The notes under the pieces: generated by a model
Told to the model about the DNA's origin: nothing
What the model saw: the letters and a program-made list of their open reading frames with translations, nothing else
Database searches by the model: none
Origin: Planctomycetota bacterium
Lineage (GTDB): Bacteria > Planctomycetota > B15-G4 > JADJEK01
Assembly: GCA_044225365.1 (NCBI GenBank)
Contig: JBGAIQ010000005.1
Location: forward strand, 160,001-224,000
Length of the DNA stretch: 64,000 nucleotides
Reading direction: 5' to 3'
In this document: positions 57,928 to 64,000 of the stretch, one piece after another
How positions within the stretch are numbered: position 1 is the first letter of the stretch
Layout of the letters: every line of letters starts with the position of its first letter
Program-made: the position numbers and the translations under genes

Positions 57928-59481
57928 GTGTTCGCGCGGACGGCAGTCGGAATCGAACTCGGAGACGGCGCGCTGAAGGCCGTGACGGTCGAACGTCGCG
58001 GCCATCGAACGTTCGTCACGTCCGCCGAGTACCGCAAGTACGCGCGGCCGGAGGACGGCGCGGCGCGACCCGACGCCGGCCTCGATCCTCGCGCCTTCGC
58101 CGCTCTCACTCAGTTCCTCGCGGAACAACGCCCCTCGCCGCTCGCTCGCGTCTACATCGGCATGCCGTCGATCGCCGCGTTCAACAAGCTCGTGCGGGTC
58201 CCGAATCTCGCGCCCGAGCAACTCCGCGCGATCGCCGACTACGAGCTGCACCGATCGGTCCGCGGCTCGCTCGAGGACTACGTGGTGCAGACGCGCGTCG
58301 TCCCGTCCTCGAAGGAGACGCTGGGTGGCGACGTGCCCTGCATGCTATTCGCGATTCGCCGCAAGCTGCGCGATGCGTTCGTCTCCGATCTCTCGCGCGC
58401 CGGACTCGAGTTCGACATGCTGGTCCCCTCGCCCGTCGCGGTCGCGCAGTTCGCGCGCTACGACCGACCCGCGAAGGGCGATCGCATCCTCGTGTCGATC
58501 GGGTTGCGCTCCACCGAGGTGATCTACGAGCGCGGCGATGCCTATTGCTTCCGCACGTTGCCCCTGGGATGCGTCGCACTGACGACGATGGCGGACGACA
58601 CACCCGAGGAGCAGAGCCTGCGGCGGAAGGCCGCGCGCCGGCTCGTGAAGAAACTGACCTACGAGATCGGCGCCGGCTCCGCCTTCTTCTTCGCGGATGG
58701 CGAGCGCTGGGATCCGCAATCGGTGTCGCTGTTCGGCGAGGGCGCGATCGAGCCCGAGATCGCGAAGCAGTTCGAACGCGCGTATCAGGGCAAGGTCGAA
58801 GCGATCGGTAAACTGCATCGCATCGCGGTGGGCGGTGGCGTGAAGCCGGACGCGCGCCGTCACCTGGGTCAGATGGCATCCGCTCTCGGCCTCGCGCTGC
58901 AGGCGGCGCGCGCGGACATCGCGGAGATCGAGCTCGTCCCGCCGCACCTCGGCCGCTCCGCACTGCGACGACTGCCCGCACTCGCGATCGTGAGCGTGAT
59001 CCTCGCGGCGCTCTGCTTCGGTCTGACCTGGCGCGACCTCGCAGCCGCGCGCGACGTCGAGAGCCTGACGGCGCCGGACTACACGGCGCAATGGAACGAG
59101 CGGCGAACGCTCGCGGCGAAGACGTTCACCGCGTTCGATTCGATCGCGCGCGCCGACGACTCGCTCGCAATGCTCCTCGAAGGGCGCGCCCGCCGCGCCG
59201 AGGCTCTCGCGCGCATCGTGCCACAGTTCGGACCGAACAACGCAACCTACGGACCCGTCGACGTGCGCCTGCGCCAACTGACGATCGATCGGACTCCGGC
59301 CGGCACCGCGGTGCACGGCGTCGCGAAGCTCCAGCAAGGCGATCTCGGACGCAGCCTGCAGGTCCTCGGCCAACGCCTCCACAGCGCCGACGGACTCGCG
59401 ACCCCTGCGGTGCGGTCCCAGCCCGCTGCGGATGCGAGCCTCCCCGAAGTCGTCTTCGACATCGCGATCGGAGTGCACTAG
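57928..59481 (+). CDS. PilM-like actin-fold protein fused to a TM and PilN-like region
   Basis: VGIELGDGALKAV, LVSIGLRSTEVI...FRTLPLG, LFGEGA, ASALGLALQ, IELVPP, TM, periplasmic ferredoxin-like tail. First gene of the secretin cluster. Confidence 0.75.
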   Translation: MFARTAVGIELGDGALKAVTVERRGHRTFVTSAEYRKYARPEDGAARPDAGLDPRAFAALTQFLAEQRPSPLARVYIGMPSIAAFNKLVRVPNLAPEQLRAIADYELHRSVRGSLEDYVVQTRVVPSSKETLGGDVPCMLFAIRRKLRDAFVSDLSRAGLEFDMLVPSPVAVAQFARYDRPAKGDRILVSIGLRSTEVIYERGDAYCFRTLPLGCVALTTMADDTPEEQSLRRKAARRLVKKLTYEIGAGSAFFFADGERWDPQSVSLFGEGAIEPEIAKQFERAYQGKVEAIGKLHRIAVGGGVKPDARRHLGQMASALGLALQAARADIAEIELVPPHLGRSALRRLPALAIVSVILAALCFGLTWRDLAAARDVESLTAPDYTAQWNERRTLAAKTFTAFDSIARADDSLAMLLEGRARRAEALARIVPQFGPNNATYGPVDVRLRQLTIDRTPAGTAVHGVAKLQQGDLGRSLQVLGQRLHSADGLATPAVRSQPAADASLPEVVFDIAIGVH

Positions 59482-59484
59482 TCG

Positions 59485-60243
59485 ATGCGCCGCGTCGTGC
59501 TCTTCCTGTCGTTCGCTCTCGTCCTCGCCGGGCCCCTCGTCTACTTCACCGTCGGTGAACGTGCGCGGAGCCAGCGCCGCGCCGCCCTGCAGAACCTCGC
59601 CGCGCAGCAGGAGAAGGTCGCTGCCGCGCTCGCGGCCGCGAGCGGAGGGCGCCCACCGAGTCGCCAGGGAATCGCCGCGATCGAGGATGCGATCGCACAG
59701 CGGCGCGGCACGTTGTCCAAGCTCACGTCGTCGCTGCTCGCCTTCCGCTCGACGCCGAGCCCTGTCGAAGCCGAACTGCGAACGATTGCACGCGCGGCCG
59801 GACTCGATGCTTCTCTGCTCGAAGCCGTACTGGCGTCGATGCCCGATGGCGCGCTCGGCGAGCAGCGTCGTCACGTCCTCGGCCTCGTGTTCGGTGCGCT
59901 GAAGCGATCGCCCGGCACGACCCTGCGCGCGATCAAGGTCGCGCGGGAACTGTCCACGCCGCGGACCTCCGAATCGGCTGCCGCGCTCGGCGGCGACGAT
60001 CTCGACATGCCGTTGCGCTCGCTGCGCATCGACCTCGAAGCGCGGGGCGACGCGACCGCGCTCGTCCAATTCGTCGATCATCTGCTCGCGACGGGACCGG
60101 GCGTTCCCCTCACCGATCTCGCCCATCTCGACCTCGCCCCCGATCTCACGCGGAAGCCCGCGAGCGACGCGAACGCAGCGGGAGATCTGCCGCCGCTCGT
60201 ACTCCACCTCGTCGTCGACGCGTTCGTCGCGGAGGCGAAATGA
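59485..60243 (+). CDS. PilO/GspM-like protein
   Basis: N-terminal TM, coiled coil, LRIDLEARGDATALVQFVDHL motif, and position in the cluster. Confidence 0.6.
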   Translation: MRRVVLFLSFALVLAGPLVYFTVGERARSQRRAALQNLAAQQEKVAAALAAASGGRPPSRQGIAAIEDAIAQRRGTLSKLTSSLLAFRSTPSPVEAELRTIARAAGLDASLLEAVLASMPDGALGEQRRHVLGLVFGALKRSPGTTLRAIKVARELSTPRTSESAAALGGDDLDMPLRSLRIDLEARGDATALVQFVDHLLATGPGVPLTDLAHLDLAPDLTRKPASDANAAGDLPPLVLHLVVDAFVAEAK

Positions 60244-61310
60244 ATCCCCATCCACAGGGACTGCGTAGCGTCACCGAACGCGATCGCATCCTCACGCTCT
60301 TCGCGGCCGGGACGATCCTCGTCTTCCTCGCGTTCGACCTGATCGCCTACCGTGGCACGAGCCGTGGATTGCTCGAGAATCGAGCGCACGTCCTGGCAAA
60401 GGAGGCGAACGACTCGAACGAGCAGGCGACGAACGAGCGCCTCGCGATCGAGGATCCCCTCGTGCGGCCGATCGCGATCACGACCACCGAGCACGACCCG
60501 GCTGCGCTTGGCATCGATCCCACGGCGTTCTTCACCGATGACGAGCTCGTCGCCTGGCGCGTCGAGGGTGCGCGCGATACGAAGAAGCACCGCGTCGAGC
60601 CGCCGCTCAACGTGCGCGCCGAGCGGCGCGGGAGCGACGTCCTGGTGCGCTGGGATCCGAACCCGGTGAACAATCCGGTCGGTCAAGGTGGGACGTCGTC
60701 GTTACTGACTGTCGGTTATCAGGTATATCGCTGGCACGATCGCGAGGACCCCGCGCTCGTCGAGAACGCCAAGATCGATGTCACGAGCTACCTGGACCGG
60801 GGAGTCGGCCCCCGGGGTGGCGCCCTGCATTACTCGGTGAAGACGGTGCTGAAAGACCAGATCGGAAACGTCGAGACGCTGATCGAGAGCAGCGACCCGC
60901 AAAGCGTGCGGATCGAGCTGGACGAGTTGTTCGAACTCGCGATCGTCTCCGCGACCGATACTCGAGCGGTCATCGCCGTGACCGTCCCGGTCGATTCAGA
61001 TCAAAGATCCCACCAATTTGAAGTGGACAAGGGCGCGCAGGTTGGTTCGATTCTCCGGCTCGACGAAACCGAGGTCGACTTCCGTACGGGTCTCACGCTG
61101 GAGTCGACCACGATCGTCGAGACGGTGAGCCGTCGTCCGCGTCGTGTTCCGGTGTTCAACGCCGATGGATCACGCGCGAGCGGCGAGAGCGGATACCTCT
61201 ATCGCGATGAAGTGAGAGAGGTTCCGATCCATCGCATCACGTGCCGACTCGTCGACGAGTCGGGAACGACGCGAGAGCTCACCCGAGAAGAGGATGTCGT
61301 CGCACGTTGA
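60240..61310 (+). CDS. Membrane-anchored fibronectin type III domain protein (PilP/GspC position)
   Basis: N-terminal TM. VEPPLNVRA...VLVRW...GYQVYR...SYLDRGV...YSVKT FN3 pattern. ATGA overlap with the upstream gene. Confidence 0.65.
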   Translation: MNPHPQGLRSVTERDRILTLFAAGTILVFLAFDLIAYRGTSRGLLENRAHVLAKEANDSNEQATNERLAIEDPLVRPIAITTTEHDPAALGIDPTAFFTDDELVAWRVEGARDTKKHRVEPPLNVRAERRGSDVLVRWDPNPVNNPVGQGGTSSLLTVGYQVYRWHDREDPALVENAKIDVTSYLDRGVGPRGGALHYSVKTVLKDQIGNVETLIESSDPQSVRIELDELFELAIVSATDTRAVIAVTVPVDSDQRSHQFEVDKGAQVGSILRLDETEVDFRTGLTLESTTIVETVSRRPRRVPVFNADGSRASGESGYLYRDEVREVPIHRITCRLVDESGTTRELTREEDVVAR

Positions 61311-61606
61311 GTGCGCGATGTCTGCAGAGGTTCGTCCGGTCCGCGAGATTCGTTTGGTTTCCAACGTTGGTTTCGATTCATGACCTGCTCGAGGATGGCC
61401 GCACGGTACGGAATGGTGTCCGCCGCGGCTGTGCTTCGATCGCAAGAGCGAGCGCACGACCGAGAGCAGGTGATAGCGACGTCGCCCGAGTCATTCACGC
61501 CGCGCTGCAATCGGCCCGCCGGTCCATCGCCGACCGAACGGACGACCATCGCGAGTAGCCAGAAAGTCCAGACAGCCCAGTAAGCCAAGAAGGCCTGGAG
61601 AGAAGC

Positions 61607-64000
61607 ATGACCCGTCCGAGGAACTTGACCCTGCTCAACGCCGCGTTCGTCCTCGCTGCATCCGGTTGCAGCCTGTCGCGCTCCCCGAGCGCAGAGACGA
61701 GCGCCCCGGCTTCGCCGGAGGCCGATGCGTCGGTCGCCGCGGCTGTGGCCGATCCCGCGCAGGACGCCGGGTCGACGCCGCCCCAGGCGGATCCGTCCAA
61801 CGCCGCGGGCGGCGAACGGATCGACCAGCTCCTCGAGAACGCAAAGGCCGCCGAGGCCGCGGGCGAGCTCGCCAAGGCGAACGAGATCTACGCTCGCGTC
61901 CTCCAGCTCGACGCGAACAATCCGCAGGCCAAGGAAGGCCAGACGCGCGTCCAGCAGACGGGTGGCATCGCGCCCGCTCCCCGCACCGCGGCTCCTCCCG
62001 AGGGCAGTGGAGTCAAGCCGGTCAGCGACGACGCCTCGGAACTCGAACAGGCTCGCCGCGACCAGGCGCGCGTCCAGGCCGAGAGCACGCTGAAGCAGGG
62101 CGAAGTCGCGCTCACCGCCGGCGACTACGACAAGGCGATCCACAACTTCGAGGACGCGCTCCTCATGGTGCAGTACCGACCGTATCTGGTCGGCGGCGAC
62201 ATCACCGAGAACGCGATCCAGGCGCGCATCGAATCCGCGAAGGCCGCAAAGGCCGAGCGCGAGCGCCAGTCCGAGATCGAGCGTCAGGCGCGCATCACTC
62301 GTGAGAACGAGCAGCGCGAGGCCGACGAGCGCGCACGGATGGAGAACAAGATCCGCGTCCTGTTCGAAGCCGCGAATGCCGCGTACGTCGACGACAAGTT
62401 CGCGCAGGCCGAAGGCTACCTCGCCGAGATCCTGCGCCTCGATCCGACGAACGCGTCGGCGCAGAACATGAAGGACCTCGCGAAGGACGCCCAGATGCAG
62501 GCGACCGATCGCAACACGCGCGACGGCTACAAGCGCGAGTGGCGCAAGACGTTCGACGACATGAGCGAGAACCTGCGCCCGCAGGTCGACCTCGTCGTCC
62601 ATCCGGACGCGAAGGAATGGCGCAAGTACGCTTCCCGCGGTCCGCTCCAGTTCACGGTCCAGGACGAATTGATGTCGCCGGCCGACCGCGCGATCCTCGA
62701 CAAGCTGAAGGGCGGGACGATCGGTCTCAACTTCAGTGGCGCGACGCTGTCGCAGGCGATCGACTGGTTCCACGCCAACACCGGCGTCAACTTCATCATC
62801 TCGACGGGCATCAAGGCCGCGGGTGACGAGCCGACCTTCACGGTGAACGCCGGCACATTGCCGACGCTCGACGCGCTCGACCTCCTCCTCGGTCTCTCCA
62901 CCACTCCGATCGTTCGCCGCATCCAGAACGGCGTCGTGACGATCATGACCAAGGACGAGGCGAAGGGCGGCCAGATCCTCGAGATCTACGACGTCCGCGA
63001 TCTCACGAAGGTCATCAATCAGTTCCCGGGCAAGGACTTCAACCTCACGCCGTCCGGCTTCAACGTCGAGAACGCCGCCGAGGCGGGTGCCGAGCCGCAG
63101 CCGCTCGCGTTCGACACCGAGAAGCTCCAGGAGCTCATCAAGACCAACATCGCGAAGGAATCGTGGGACGCCGATCCGGCGAACACGATCCAGGCGGTGG
63201 CCGGTGCGCTCGTCGTCCACCAGACGGCCGAGGTGCATGACCAGATCCGCACCCTGCTGAACGATCTCCGTCAGAGTGCCGGAACGCTGATCAACATCGA
63301 GACCCGCTTCGTCACGGTGAACGACCAGTTCCTCGAAGACATCGGCGTCGACTTCCGCGGCCTCGGCCCGGCGGACGAGGCGAATCCGAACGCGACGTTC
63401 CCCTCGGGCCTCGTGCTCGACGACTTCGGTTCGATCCCGAACGGCGTCGGCACGGTCAACAACCCGATCGGCATCGGCACCAAGAACGACCTCGGCGTGT
63501 TCTACGACAACGGCGATGGCGACGGCGACGTCCGTGCCCGCGTCGAGAACCTCTACGACACGACGATCGGGTCGAAGGTGTTCGGCGAAGGTAAGTTCGA
63601 CGACAAGGGCGGCCTCTCGCTCCAGTCGACCCTGTTCGACATGAAGGGCGGCTTCCTCAGTGACACGCTCGCCGAAGCGGTCCTCCGCGCGGTCAGCAAG
63701 TACGGCACGCGCAACATCGTCGACGCCCCGTCGCTGACCGTCTACAACGGCCAGCAGGCGAGCATCAACGTCACGAACTTCGTCTCCTACGTGAAGGACT
63801 TCGACGTCGAGATCGCGACCGCTGCGGCGATCGCCGACCCGATCATCCAGGTCATCGCGGAAGGCGTCGTCCTCGACGTCAAGCCGGTCGTCTCCTCCGA
63901 CCGCCGGTTCATCACGATGCAGTTGAAGCCCACGGTCACGACGCTGCGCCGTCCGATCGCGACGTTCACGACGTCCCTCGGTATCGGTACCAGCGTGACG
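61607..64000 (+). CDS. Lipoprotein secretin (GspD/PilQ family) with N-terminal TPRs, 3'-truncated by window
   Basis: Absent from the ORF track because no stop lies in the window. GGAG RBS, MTRPRNLTLLNAAFVLAASGC lipobox, then LINIETRFVTVNDQFLEDIGVDF, APSLTVYNGQQA, EGVVLDVKPVVSSDRRFITMQLKP. Confidence 0.9.
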   Translation, partial: MTRPRNLTLLNAAFVLAASGCSLSRSPSAETSAPASPEADASVAAAVADPAQDAGSTPPQADPSNAAGGERIDQLLENAKAAEAAGELAKANEIYARVLQLDANNPQAKEGQTRVQQTGGIAPAPRTAAPPEGSGVKPVSDDASELEQARRDQARVQAESTLKQGEVALTAGDYDKAIHNFEDALLMVQYRPYLVGGDITENAIQARIESAKAAKAERERQSEIERQARITRENEQREADERARMENKIRVLFEAANAAYVDDKFAQAEGYLAEILRLDPTNASAQNMKDLAKDAQMQATDRNTRDGYKREWRKTFDDMSENLRPQVDLVVHPDAKEWRKYASRGPLQFTVQDELMSPADRAILDKLKGGTIGLNFSGATLSQAIDWFHANTGVNFIISTGIKAAGDEPTFTVNAGTLPTLDALDLLLGLSTTPIVRRIQNGVVTIMTKDEAKGGQILEIYDVRDLTKVINQFPGKDFNLTPSGFNVENAAEAGAEPQPLAFDTEKLQELIKTNIAKESWDADPANTIQAVAGALVVHQTAEVHDQIRTLLNDLRQSAGTLINIETRFVTVNDQFLEDIGVDFRGLGPADEANPNATFPSGLVLDDFGSIPNGVGTVNNPIGIGTKNDLGVFYDNGDGDGDVRARVENLYDTTIGSKVFGEGKFDDKGGLSLQSTLFDMKGGFLSDTLAEAVLRAVSKYGTRNIVDAPSLTVYNGQQASINVTNFVSYVKDFDVEIATAAAIADPIIQVIAEGVVLDVKPVVSSDRRFITMQLKPTVTTLRRPIATFTTSLGIGTSVT

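Noticed and set aside
61311-61606. Small ORFs or a sigma54 promoter upstream of the secretin
   Set aside because: No convincing GG-N10-GC consensus or coding signal. Only a short CCAACGTTGG palindrome, which is insufficient.

Overview
High-GC bacterial chromosome segment. It is most likely from an uncultured Planctomycetota lineage, inferred from the secretin type, the signal-peptide HEAT/TPR proteins and the secreted repeat proteins. About 42 real genes are present, and most other ORFs in the track are GC-rich shadow frames. Housekeeping genes include ispH, an RluA-family synthase, rpmH, acnA-glcDEF, ThiF/MoeB, rny-ispA-dxs-nadK-truD, pabB, xerC, glgP, mtaB and a family-4 UDG. They are interleaved with many secreted and envelope proteins. 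There is no CRISPR array, rRNA, tRNA, prophage or transposase. Main leads: (1) one uncharacterised ~120-aa beta-rich module recurs in seven unrelated exported proteins, at either terminus, suggesting a surface docking or sorting system; (2) a PilM/N-PilO-FN3-lipoprotein secretin locus, whose secretin is missing from the ORF track, could serve that system; (3) a single-pass coiled-coil protein carries two tandem LptF/G-like beta-jellyroll domains; (4) a switch-like structured RNA lies upstream of the ThiF/MoeB gene; (5) a small secreted caspase-fold (His-Gly...Ala-Cys) protein; (6) a REPIN-like element. All family calls come from motif recognition by eye, and no searches were run.
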